Shown here one piece after another: positions 26,560 to 35,633 of a DNA stretch of 64,000 nucleotides. The DNA comes from Pseudomonadota bacterium (GTDB lineage Bacteria > Myxococcota > JACRCW01 > JAFGSX01): NCBI GenBank assembly GCA_043821645.1, contig JBDRCO010000023.1, positions 169,141-233,140 of the forward strand, in the 5' to 3' direction. Position 1 is the stretch's first letter, and each line of letters begins with the position of its first letter. The translations under genes were made by a program, and so were the position numbers. The notes below the pieces were generated by a model. That model did no database searches, had not been told where the DNA came from, and was given only the letters and a program-made list of their open reading frames with translations.

Positions 26560-28146
26560 CTAGCCATACACTCGGTAGTCGACGTCCGGGAAGATGTTGT
26601 CGCTGCTCTCGAGGCTGCGCAGGAAACCTTCGTGCACGCCTCCGGCCATCAGATCGTTGTACAGCCTGTTGAAGCGCTCGATGTGCTCGCAGGTCCGGCG
26701 CGTCGCATACGACACGTTGGTGTTGGTCTTCAGGATGAAGGCCCAGTCCGAGGACTGTGCCAGCAGAAGCTCTCGCACGGCCTGGTTCAGAGCCTGGCGC
26801 TCCAGATCCGACGGTCCCTGAAAATGCTCGGCCAGCTCGACCATGCGCTCCGCGGCCTTGTGCAGGTGCGGGTAGATCCAGTCGTTGCTGCCGTTGAGCC
26901 AGACCTCATTATAGCCGCGGTAGCCCCAGCTCGAGGCGCTGGGGGTCAGGACCTGGTTGGTGGGGTACTCGTCGAGATATTCCGACGGCGTGATGGGCAA
27001 GATCGATCCCTGGTCGTGAGCGAGCTTGCGAAAGAACAGCTCGAGGAACTGCGGGCCTTCATACCACCAGTGGCCAAACAGCTCGGCATCGTAGGGGCAG
27101 ACCACGACAGGACTCCTGTCCATGTGCGGACGCAGATGCTCGACCTGCTTCTCGCGATTGAACAGGAAATTGCCTGCGTGGGTCGCCACCCTCTCCCAGG
27201 CCACGTGCGGGTCGTAGATGTCCTTGTCCCCGAGGTCGACACCGGGGCCGGTGATGCGGTGATACTTGATGCCGGTATGCAGGCGAATGCCATCGGGGTG
27301 AATGTAGGGCGCGACCAGGTCCATCGGCAGGTCATAGCCGACGTCACGGTAGAAATCCCTGTACACACCATCACCCGGATAGCCCTCGTTGGCACTCCAC
27401 ACCTGCTTGCTGCTCTCGACGTCACGGCCAAAGGCGGCAACCCCCGCAGGGGTATAGACCGGTGCAAAGACTCCGTAGATTGGCGCCTCGCTGCCAAACA
27501 GCACCGCGTGCGTGTCGACGAAGAAGTAGCGAATCCCGGCATCGCGCAGCATGACATCGACGCCGGCCGCATAGCCGCACTCCCCCAGCCAGATTCCCTG
27601 GGCGCGCTGTCCGAACACGCGCTCGTGATGCTCCGCCGCCACGTGAATCTGGGCGCGCATCGCACGTTCGTTGTGGTTCATGAGCGGCAAGAACGCGTGG
27701 GTCGCCGTGCAGGTCACGATCTCGAGCTGGCCTCGCTGCAGGAACACCTTGAACCCTCGCACGAGGTCGCGCTCGAAGCGGTCGAAGGTATCCCGGGCCG
27801 CGACGAAGCGGTCGCGGTACATGTGAGCCAGGCGATGCAGGCGCTCGTCGTCACGGGTCCTCTCGATCTCCTTTTCCGCGAGCTCAATCAGGAGACGGAT
27901 GCGCCGGGCGTAGCGTTCCTGGAGCAGACCATCTTGCAGCATGGACACCAGCGGAGGGGTCAAGCTCATGGTCAGCCTGAAATCCGTGTCATCCCGCGCC
28001 AGGGCTTCCATCGCGTGTAGCAGTGGGATGTAGGTCTCCGTGATCGCCTCGTACAGCCAAAGTTCCTCTGTGAAGAAGGGGTGCTCGGGATGGCGCACGA
28101 ACGGCAGGTGCGCATGGAGCATGAGAGCGATGTAACCCTTGTGCAT
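26560..28146 (-). CDS. GH57 1,4-alpha-glucan branching enzyme (DUF1957 C-terminal domain)
   Basis: HAHLPFV, ETYIPL, WLGEC (nucleophile E), PYDAELFGHWWYEGP and AQSSDWAF motifs. Confidence 0.93.
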   Translation of the reverse strand: MHKGYIALMLHAHLPFVRHPEHPFFTEELWLYEAITETYIPLLHAMEALARDDTDFRLTMSLTPPLVSMLQDGLLQERYARRIRLLIELAEKEIERTRDDERLHRLAHMYRDRFVAARDTFDRFERDLVRGFKVFLQRGQLEIVTCTATHAFLPLMNHNERAMRAQIHVAAEHHERVFGQRAQGIWLGECGYAAGVDVMLRDAGIRYFFVDTHAVLFGSEAPIYGVFAPVYTPAGVAAFGRDVESSKQVWSANEGYPGDGVYRDFYRDVGYDLPMDLVAPYIHPDGIRLHTGIKYHRITGPGVDLGDKDIYDPHVAWERVATHAGNFLFNREKQVEHLRPHMDRSPVVVCPYDAELFGHWWYEGPQFLELFFRKLAHDQGSILPITPSEYLDEYPTNQVLTPSASSWGYRGYNEVWLNGSNDWIYPHLHKAAERMVELAEHFQGPSDLERQALNQAVRELLLAQSSDWAFILKTNTNVSYATRRTCEHIERFNRLYNDLMAGGVHEGFLRSLESSDNIFPDVDYRVYG

Positions 28147-28200
28147 CAGACGGCCTCGTCGAGAAGAGCAGAAGAAAAGCGGATGTCCGCACGCGATAGG

Positions 28201-30162
28201 CTAGCGCGCGCTCGAGGAAGTCCAGTCCGCCGAACTCACAAGCTCGAACGGCCCGCGCCCGCTGTCCCCCTGAAGGCTGTGCCCCTCCTCGAGGGTGCGG
28301 GCGAACTCACTGCCAACCCGCGACTCCCGCATGCGGCGGTACCCGTCGAGGATGTAGTCGATCAAGCGCGGTGCCTCGGTCATCTGACTTTCCACGTCAG
28401 CCCTGCCGCGCAGCCACAGGGTCCACGACACCAGGCGCACAGAACCCTGGCCGTTGAGTTCGTGGAGTTCGAACAGCAGCGGTCCCTCGCCGGTCCAGGC
28501 CAGATCCAGCACAGGCACGTCGTCGAGCCCAAGATGATCCAAACCACCGCCCAGGCGGCGCAAGATCTCGTCGGGAGCGATCTCCTCGTCTGCTGCATCG
28601 CGCGCAGCAACCAGCCGCCAGCGACCGCCGAGGCTACGCTCGGCCCTGAGCCAGAAACCGTCCTCGAGGTCGCTGAGTTCTATCGCGGCTGGCGCACCTT
28701 CGCGCAGGTACAGCGAGACCCTCCGCCTGGGATCCTCCATCGGCGGTGGGGCACCCGCCCCCGACGCCATGAGAGCCGGGTGCTTGCTGCGGTAGCGCGG
28801 CATCGCGCTCACATCCCGGTTCGGGACCACAGTCAGGAAGCGAGGCTCACTCTGTGGAGCCACGCTGTTGCTGGGCATGAACACAGCATTGGAGCGAGCT
28901 GCCGCCTGGAAATAGCCCTCGTGACTCTTCAAACCGACCTCGAACACGAAGGTCCGGGCGGGCTGGTTCAAGGCCAGGTAGTACGAGCGGGTGTCACGCT
29001 CGATCGCGAGGTCGAAACAGCTGTGGGCGTTTCCACCGTCGAAGACTCGATGGGTCGTGTCGTAGCATCGGATCACGTACCAGGCCCACTTCCCGGCGTC
29101 ACCGAGCCGTTCGCGCGCCTGGGCAATCGCCTGGTCCGTCATCTCGATGTACAGGTGCACACGTTCGGGATCCACGGCCATTCCCGTGACGCGATTCTCG
29201 CCATAGCCGTTGGCCAAAGGTTCCACCGCGTAGGGGTCGCCGCCCGGCCACGACCAGGGACGATAGGGCTCCACGTGGCCGGCGGGATCGGTCGAGGCTA
29301 CGGTGGGGTCGTCGGCTGTACCGGCCGGGGGCATCGGGATGACATGTTCGCGGGCCGCTTCTTCGTCGAGCGCGCGCTGCTCCTGCACTGCTGCGGGCTG
29401 GGTCGCAGATTTCCCGTGGCTGACCACGGGCGATGCAGCGACCTGCTGCGGCTCGCGAGACGGCATCGCAGCTATGGCCGGTTCGCGATCGGTCCTGTCC
29501 TTTGTCGTCTGGCCCCTCACACGGCGCTTCTCGGCCAGGTCCTGCAGCCGACGCTCGGCGCGCTGCAGGGCTTCGATCTCGCGCCGCGCTGCTTCTCGAC
29601 GCCGCCGAAGAATCTCCTCGGACACGGGATCGGTCGGCGCTGTGGTCGGGCGCTTGGTTTTCATCGAAGAACTCCTCGGTGCTGCGCTGTCCGCACGTTC
29701 GATGCCGCTCTCGTCGTCAGGAGCTGTGCTGACATCGGAGGGGAATGTCCCGGACGGGTGGAGTGCGACGGCTTTCTCGGGTGCCGCAGCCTTCTTGGGT
29801 GCCGCAGCCTTCTTGGATGCCGCAGCTTTCTTGGGCGCCGCAGCTTTCTTGGGCACCGCAGCTTTCTTGGGCACCGCAGCTTTCTTGGGCGCCGCGGCTT
29901 TCTTGGGCACCGCAGCTTTCTTGGGCGCCGCGGCTTTCTTGGGCGCCGCAGCTTTCTTGGGCGCCGCAGCCTTCTTGGGTACCGCAGCTTTCTTGGGTAC
30001 AGCAGCCTTCTTGGGTACCGCAGCCTTCTTGGGTACAGCAGCCTTCTTGGGCGCTGCATCCTTCTTGGGCGCGGCAGTCTTCTTGGGCGCGGCCACTGGC
30101 AACCCACTTCGCTTCACGGACACCTGCTCCGCCTCACGCACACGATTCTGTTGCTTGACCAT
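28201..30162 (-). CDS. DUF4912-domain protein with N-terminal histone-H1-like repeats
   Basis: YGENRVTGMAVDP...YDTT...ARSN DUF4912 pattern; position next to GH57; PKKAA repeats. Start set at MVKQ (uncertain). Confidence 0.8.
   Translation of the reverse strand: MVKQQNRVREAEQVSVKRSGLPVAAPKKTAAPKKDAAPKKAAVPKKAAVPKKAAVPKKAAVPKKAAAPKKAAAPKKAAAPKKAAVPKKAAAPKKAAVPKKAAVPKKAAAPKKAAASKKAAAPKKAAAPEKAVALHPSGTFPSDVSTAPDDESGIERADSAAPRSSSMKTKRPTTAPTDPVSEEILRRRREAARREIEALQRAERRLQDLAEKRRVRGQTTKDRTDREPAIAAMPSREPQQVAASPVVSHGKSATQPAAVQEQRALDEEAAREHVIPMPPAGTADDPTVASTDPAGHVEPYRPWSWPGGDPYAVEPLANGYGENRVTGMAVDPERVHLYIEMTDQAIAQARERLGDAGKWAWYVIRCYDTTHRVFDGGNAHSCFDLAIERDTRSYYLALNQPARTFVFEVGLKSHEGYFQAAARSNAVFMPSNSVAPQSEPRFLTVVPNRDVSAMPRYRSKHPALMASGAGAPPPMEDPRRRVSLYLREGAPAAIELSDLEDGFWLRAERSLGGRWRLVAARDAADEEIAPDEILRRLGGGLDHLGLDDVPVLDLAWTGEGPLLFELHELNGQGSVRLVSWTLWLRGRADVESQMTEAPRLIDYILDGYRRMRESRVGSEFARTLEEGHSLQGDSGRGPFELVSSADWTSSSAR
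29764..30087 (-). repeat. 18 x 18-bp tandem coding repeat (PKKAA[A/V])
   Basis: Directly visible (gcagctttcttgggc[a/g]cc)n; 18 hexapeptide units counted, including variant units. Confidence 0.95.
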
Positions 30163-30312
30163 GATCTTGCTCCGACTGGCGCAGAGATCCCGCCCCCTGG
30201 CCGAGATCAGCCCCACTCCTGCCACGGGCCCAGTGTCAGATTTGCACAGGGATAGGCGCGGGCAAGCGCTAACTCGCAGCGTCAGGCTGGGTCAAGCCCG
30301 GCCTGGCCGCCA

Positions 30313-31206
30313 TCATGCGGCATCGATCTCCGTGGCCAGCTGGGACAGTCCCGCGTCGTCCGGAAACAAACCACGTGCCTCTAGCACGAGTTCCTTGGCA
30401 CGGTCGCGTTGCCCCGATGACGTCAGAGCCACGACATGATTCGCAAAAGCCACGGGGTCATCGCCAGCCGTGGCCAGCACCAGTCGCGTCGCGTCGAGCG
30501 CGATATCCACCGAACCGACGCTCAGCGCCGAGCGGGCGAGCACCTCAAGCAGCGGTCTCGACGACGGATGCCAGGCCAGGCCGCGCTTGGCCACGGCCAT
30601 GGCCTCAAGCGGCTGACCACCCAGCACGAGCAACGCTGCGAAGCGCTCCCAGGCCTGGGCCAGCCGTGGCGAGTCGTCGATGGCAGCCTCGAAAAGCGTT
30701 CCTGCCCTGGCCACGTCCCCTGCAGCCATCAACACCTGCCCGAGCTGCAGGCGAGCCAGGGCATGGTCGGGATAGTCACGGCACAACCCCACCAGCAGGT
30801 CATGGGCTCCCTGCAAGTCTCCGTTCTGCGCCTTGTGCAAGGCCGACAGGTAGCGCGCCAGCTCGTGTCGCGGATGGCGCTCGAGCACCCCGTCCAGCAT
30901 CTTGACTGCCTGGGCACTGGCCCCGGAGACCAGCAGGATCGAAGCATGGGCGGCGACCACGGCGTCGTGCGAACGCGCCTCGTCGTCGAGCGCGCCAACG
31001 AATTCGTGTGCCTCGGTCAGGTCCCCCGACAGCATCAGCCAGAACACCCGGCAACCAGTGAGGTGGTGGGCGTCACGCCCTTCGAGTTCGAGTCCTTCCA
31101 TGCGCGCGGCGGACTCCTCGAGGTCACCGCGGCGCAAAGCGGCATACACATCCTGCACACCCTCGGGCACGAGTGGCGGCGGATCCGGCACCTCGGACTC
31201 GGCCAT
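30313..31206 (-). CDS. Tetratricopeptide-repeat protein
   Basis: Repeated helical TPR-like units (P.H.LAR.., ARLQLGQVLMAAGD); start MAESEV (31206) or 31317. Confidence 0.75.
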   Translation of the reverse strand: MAESEVPDPPPLVPEGVQDVYAALRRGDLEESAARMEGLELEGRDAHHLTGCRVFWLMLSGDLTEAHEFVGALDDEARSHDAVVAAHASILLVSGASAQAVKMLDGVLERHPRHELARYLSALHKAQNGDLQGAHDLLVGLCRDYPDHALARLQLGQVLMAAGDVARAGTLFEAAIDDSPRLAQAWERFAALLVLGGQPLEAMAVAKRGLAWHPSSRPLLEVLARSALSVGSVDIALDATRLVLATAGDDPVAFANHVVALTSSGQRDRAKELVLEARGLFPDDAGLSQLATEIDAA

Positions 31207-31454
31207 GCGTAGCAAGCCACGGCCGGGTACATCCACGAAGCGCTTGATGATAACGGAACTTTGTTCAGTTTCTGCCACGAGGTGTTCCCACAGCCCCTTG
31301 TCGAGTGCGCGCACCATAGCACCCTCTGACGCAAAGCAACATGGCGGGCGGAGAGCGCCGGCAAAAAATTGGACCGAGGCGAGATCCAGTCGTAACCTGG
31401 ATCCACCCTGCCCCAACAGCCGCCAGGTGGCGACGGGAGGGTCCGGAGGACGAC

Positions 31455-31628
31455 ATGTTGACCCGACTGGTGACCCTGCACAGCTCGCTCACGGCCACCG
31501 CCACCGAAACATTGCCGCGTTCGCGTCCCGAGGCCAGCCAGGCAACCACCCCGTCCGTCCCCCTGGATCCCCTGCGCCCGGACGAGCTGCGGAGCGTGGT
31601 GAAAAGCGCTCGGTCGCGCTGGTCCTGA
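31455..31628 (+). CDS. Possible small protein (57 aa)
   Basis: GGAGGA lies 4 nt before the ATG; the ORF fills an otherwise empty intergenic gap; no homology recognised. Confidence 0.35.
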   Translation: MLTRLVTLHSSLTATATETLPRSRPEASQATTPSVPLDPLRPDELRSVVKSARSRWS

Positions 31629-31715
31629 ACATCCCGGGCGGCTTGCCACCACTGGTCATCGACGGTGGCGGGGGTTATAGCTGGTGCCTGGCACAGCCCG
31701 AGCGGGAGATCCGAC

Positions 31716-32531
31716 GTGTCCTTCGGTGATCGTCAGAGTGAGATAGAGATCAAGAGTCGCGAGGAGATCGCGCTCATGCGCGAGAGCTGCCAGCTGGCAG
31801 CCGATGTCCTGGTGATGATCGAACCACTGGTTCTTCCAGGAGTGACCACCGGGGAGATCGATCGCATCTGCCATGCGTACATCCTCGCCCACGGCGCCAT
31901 CCCTTCACCTCTCGGATACCGCGGCTTCCCCAAGGCAACCTGCACCTCGATCAACGAGGTCGTCTGCCACGGCATCCCGTCGTTCGAGCGACAGCTCAAG
32001 GACGGCGACATCATCAACATCGACATCACCACCACGCTGCACGGCTTTCACGGCGACACCTCCAAGACCTTCTACGTGGGAACCCCGGCCGCGCGCACGC
32101 GACACCTGGTCGAGACCACCCGCGAGTGCTTGCGCCGCGCCGTCGAGGTGGTGAGGCCCGGGGCTCGCGTGGGGGACATCGGACACGCGATCCAGACCCA
32201 TGCCGAGGGCCATGGCTGCTCGGTCGTGCGCGACTTCGTGGGACACGGGCTCGGCCGGGAGTTTCACTGCGCCCCGGAGGTCCCGCACTTTGGCAAGCCC
32301 GGGCGAGGACCGCGGCTGCGCCCCGGCATGACCTTCACCATCGAGCCGATGATCAACCTCGGCGACTGGCACATCGAGATCCTTGAGGACGACTGGACCG
32401 CGGTGACCCGCGATGGTTCGCTCAGTGCCCAGTTCGAGCACACCCTTCTGGTCACGGAACGTGGCGTGGACATCATGACTCAGCCCACGGGTCGTGCGGA
32501 CCGAGCCCAGCCCGCTTCTCCCTCGACCTGA
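31716..32531 (+). CDS. map: Methionine aminopeptidase type I
   Basis: CTSINEVVCHGIP, DIINIDIT, HGDTS, GHGLG, FTIEPMIN and SAQFEHT motifs. Confidence 0.96.
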   Translation: MSFGDRQSEIEIKSREEIALMRESCQLAADVLVMIEPLVLPGVTTGEIDRICHAYILAHGAIPSPLGYRGFPKATCTSINEVVCHGIPSFERQLKDGDIINIDITTTLHGFHGDTSKTFYVGTPAARTRHLVETTRECLRRAVEVVRPGARVGDIGHAIQTHAEGHGCSVVRDFVGHGLGREFHCAPEVPHFGKPGRGPRLRPGMTFTIEPMINLGDWHIEILEDDWTAVTRDGSLSAQFEHTLLVTERGVDIMTQPTGRADRAQPASPST

Positions 32532-32532
32532 T

Positions 32533-33486
32533 CTAGGGCTGCAGACAGGTGCTCAGCAGCTCCGCGCAGAACCCTCCCGGACAATCGCCCGACAGGCAGT
32601 CCCCGTCGACGCTGCACAGGTCACCCGGCTCTCGCAACGCAACGCAAAGGCCGCTCACCGCGTCGCATGCTCCCGAGGCGCAGTGCGTGCTGCTGCCGCA
32701 CACCTCGCCCAGCAGGGCGTCGCGGTAACAGGTGCCTCCCAGGCACGTGCTGCGATACTTGCATCGGTGCTCGGCGTCACAGGTGCTCCCTGGATCCACG
32801 AACTGCCGGGCCACGCAGATCCCACCCTGACAGGTGGCGCCGGCGATGCAGCGCTGCGGGTTGCCACAGACCTCGCCAGGCAGGGCCGGTCCGAGACACA
32901 TGTCGTCGACGCAGAGGTCTGGATACCGACAGCGCACATCCCCAGCGCAGCTCCCCCCCGTGTCTGCGACAGGATCACAGGTCCCGCACAGGCTCAGGCT
33001 GACGGTGCAGCTTGTCCCGACACCGCAGACGAAAGAATCGAAGCTCACACCGCAGGCTTCGCCCTGGCCCCGGGTCCCCATCCAGATGTTCCTGCACCCA
33101 CCCTCCAGATCCAGCAGGTGGTGCTCGCAGGGGACCTGCGCCAGGTACGCCGAGCACGCATCGAGGCCTGGAGCGGACAGCTCGAGCCAGCCCGCCTCGG
33201 CAAGCGCCCGGTAGCGGGGTTCATAAAGCTGCTCGCAGGTTTCCAGGAAAGTCGACCGACACGCCTCCTGCGTGCTCTCGGCGATGCGCCCGCAACGCAT
33301 GTAAAAGGGGCAGAACACGTCGACGGCACGCTCGCAGTACTGGGCCACTGGCACGCTGGCGTCCCCGGTGGGCAGGCCTGCGTCGCCGCCAGCCGCGTCG
33401 TGCACCTCGGAGACCTGGAGACAGGCCGAGGCGCCCAGCACCAGCGCGATCGCCATCCCCTGCCACACGCGTCCTGGACCCAGCAT
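32533..33486 (-). CDS. Cys-rich lipoprotein
   Basis: Lipobox LGASAC; many G..C....C...C repeats; start 33486 or 33456. Confidence 0.7.
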   Translation of the reverse strand: MLGPGRVWQGMAIALVLGASACLQVSEVHDAAGGDAGLPTGDASVPVAQYCERAVDVFCPFYMRCGRIAESTQEACRSTFLETCEQLYEPRYRALAEAGWLELSAPGLDACSAYLAQVPCEHHLLDLEGGCRNIWMGTRGQGEACGVSFDSFVCGVGTSCTVSLSLCGTCDPVADTGGSCAGDVRCRYPDLCVDDMCLGPALPGEVCGNPQRCIAGATCQGGICVARQFVDPGSTCDAEHRCKYRSTCLGGTCYRDALLGEVCGSSTHCASGACDAVSGLCVALREPGDLCSVDGDCLSGDCPGGFCAELLSTCLQP

Positions 33487-33504
33487 GAGGTGGCCTCGTG
33501 TTTC

Positions 33505-33533
33505 TTGCTCGTCCCTGGGACCCTCCTTATACT
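33505..33533 (+). promoter_or_regulatory. Candidate sigma70 promoter immediately upstream of panC (leaderless-type)
   Basis: TTGCTC-17 nt-TATACT; ATG 8 nt downstream; no Shine-Dalgarno sequence. Confidence 0.6.
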
Positions 33534-33541
33534 TCCTCGCC

Positions 33542-34552
33542 ATGGCACGCTCCAGTCGCAGCACTCCAGTTCCCTCGACGACGAAGAAGCCTGGTCCACG
33601 AGCGCGCAAGGCCGGGTCCACGCCATCTCCGGCCACGAAAACGCGACCCTCGACCAGCCACCCGCGCCGGGCACCGAGTCGGCGCCGCGCAGAGCCCAAG
33701 CTCCAGGTCATCGAGAGCCCGCCGCTGATGCAAGCCGCGGCGGTTGCCCTGCGGCGCGCCATGAGCACCATCGGCTTCGTGCCCACCATGGGCGCCCTGC
33801 ATGAGGCGCATCTGATGCTCCTGCGCGAGGCCAGGCGGCGGTGTGATGTGCTGGTGGCCAGCATCTTCGTCAACCCCAAGCAATTTGATCGGCCCGACGA
33901 CCTTTGTGCCTATCCGCGGCAGCTCGAGGCAGACCGCCTGTCCTGCGAGGCCGCCGGCGTGGACATCCTGTTTGCACCGAGTGTGGAGCACATGTATCCG
34001 TCGGGTTTCGACACTACGATCCACATCGACACATTGGCTCGCGGCCTGTGCGGTGCATCGCGCCCAGGACACTTCGACGGCATGGCAACGGTGGTCACCA
34101 AGCTCCTGAACATCGTGCGCCCTCACGTCGCTGTCTTCGGTGACAAGGACTATCAGCAGTTGCAGATCGTGCGTCGGCTGGTGCACGACCTGTCGCTCCC
34201 CGTCGAGATCCTGGGGATGCCCGTGATGCGCGAGGTCGATGGACTGGCCATGAGTTCGCGCAACCAGCGTCTGTCGGTCGAGGCCCGGAGCCAGGCCACG
34301 GCACTGTATCGCGCCATCGAGGCAGCCCAGCGCGCTGTCGAGCAGGGAGAGACCCGCGCCACCGTCCTGATCGATCGCGCCCGCATCGAGCTGAAGCGGC
34401 GTCCCCTCGTGCGCGAGGACTACCTACAGGTGGTGAACCCTCAGACCCTGGAACCGCTCGAGAAACTGGCCAGCGATGCGCGAATTCTCGTCGCTGCTTT
34501 TCTCGGTGAGGTCCGTCTGATCGACAACGGGCCCCTGTTCCTCCCCACATGA
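33542..34552 (+). CDS. panC: Pantoate--beta-alanine ligase with a basic N-terminal extension
   Basis: FVPTMGALHEAH, SIFVNPKQF, SRPGHFDG, FGDKDYQQ, DGLAMSSRN and RLIDN motifs. Confidence 0.95.
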   Translation: MARSSRSTPVPSTTKKPGPRARKAGSTPSPATKTRPSTSHPRRAPSRRRAEPKLQVIESPPLMQAAAVALRRAMSTIGFVPTMGALHEAHLMLLREARRRCDVLVASIFVNPKQFDRPDDLCAYPRQLEADRLSCEAAGVDILFAPSVEHMYPSGFDTTIHIDTLARGLCGASRPGHFDGMATVVTKLLNIVRPHVAVFGDKDYQQLQIVRRLVHDLSLPVEILGMPVMREVDGLAMSSRNQRLSVEARSQATALYRAIEAAQRAVEQGETRATVLIDRARIELKRRPLVREDYLQVVNPQTLEPLEKLASDARILVAAFLGEVRLIDNGPLFLPT

Positions 34553-34562
34553 AGTCTGTGTG

Positions 34563-35546
34563 TCAGGCCGGGTTGTCGACGGAATCCAGCGCTTCGAGCG
34601 CAATGCGCTGACCACCGTGATCCAGGGACCACTGCATGGCGGTCAGCACGCGGATGACCTCCAGTCCAGAGAGGCCATCGACTGGTGATGCGCGACCATG
34701 TTCCACGGCGTCGAGAAAGGATTCGAGTTCGGCCAGAAGCGGCGGAGAACCCTGGACCTGCTCGGCGCGGGATGAACCGTCAGCGAGGGTCAGGTTCACC
34801 GAACGCTTTTCAGCGGCATCGTCGAACACCGCCACGCCTCCGTCGCCACTGGCGCTCACCCTGCGGATCTTGAGCGCGCCATGCCAGGACACTCGGATGC
34901 GCCCCACCACATCGCCCGGGTACCACAGCGTCGCCGTCGCCACCGAGACTCTGTGGAAAGGCGGCAGGACCGCTCCCGTGGCAGCCACAGCCACCGGGCT
35001 TTGTCCCACCCAGCTGTTCAGGATCGAAAGGTCGTGGGTTCCCAGGTCCCACAGCACGTCCACGTCGGGCTGTCGGGCAGGCACGCTGGTGCGATCGGCG
35101 TCGACAACCCGCAATACACCGAGGTCCCCGTGTGAGATCCGCTCCCGGACATCAAGAACTCCGGGCATGAACACACAGATGTGCCCGACGCACAGCTGGC
35201 GGTCCCTTGCCCGGGCTGCCTCGACCAGCCTGCGCGCGCCTTCGAGCGTCGGAGCGAGAGGCTTCTCGACGAGGACATGGCGCCTCGCGTGCAAGCAGGC
35301 CAGCCCGAGATCGACGTGCGTCGACGCCGGGGAGGCGATGACCACGGCCTGCACACGGTCGTCCTGGAGAGCGAGTCCAAGCTCGGAGGCGATCTGGGCC
35401 TGCGGCGCCAGCTCATGCGCTCGCTCCCGGGCTGCGGCGTCTGGATCGATCACCCACAACAGCTCCGCTCGGGACATACCGAGGAGTGTCCGGATGTGGT
35501 TCGGGCCCCATCGTCCGCTGCCGACGACCGCGACACCGATGGTCAC
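34563..35546 (-). CDS. Gfo/Idh/MocA family oxidoreductase
   Basis: Rossmann GSGRWG, HVLVEKP and DVLWDLGTHD motifs. Confidence 0.92.
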   Translation of the reverse strand: MTIGVAVVGSGRWGPNHIRTLLGMSRAELLWVIDPDAAARERAHELAPQAQIASELGLALQDDRVQAVVIASPASTHVDLGLACLHARRHVLVEKPLAPTLEGARRLVEAARARDRQLCVGHICVFMPGVLDVRERISHGDLGVLRVVDADRTSVPARQPDVDVLWDLGTHDLSILNSWVGQSPVAVAATGAVLPPFHRVSVATATLWYPGDVVGRIRVSWHGALKIRRVSASGDGGVAVFDDAAEKRSVNLTLADGSSRAEQVQGSPPLLAELESFLDAVEHGRASPVDGLSGLEVIRVLTAMQWSLDHGGQRIALEALDSVDNPA

Positions 35547-35633
35547 GACGGCCTTTTATCGGAAGCAAGCACGCTGCTGCTCCTCGTCTTCATACCCTCG
35601 AGATCCCTGTGACGGTGCTGGCGGGGTGAAGAC

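Noticed and set aside
29764-30087. Possible CRISPR array
   Set aside because: Contiguous 18-bp in-frame units with no unique spacers and no cas genes; it is a coding repeat.
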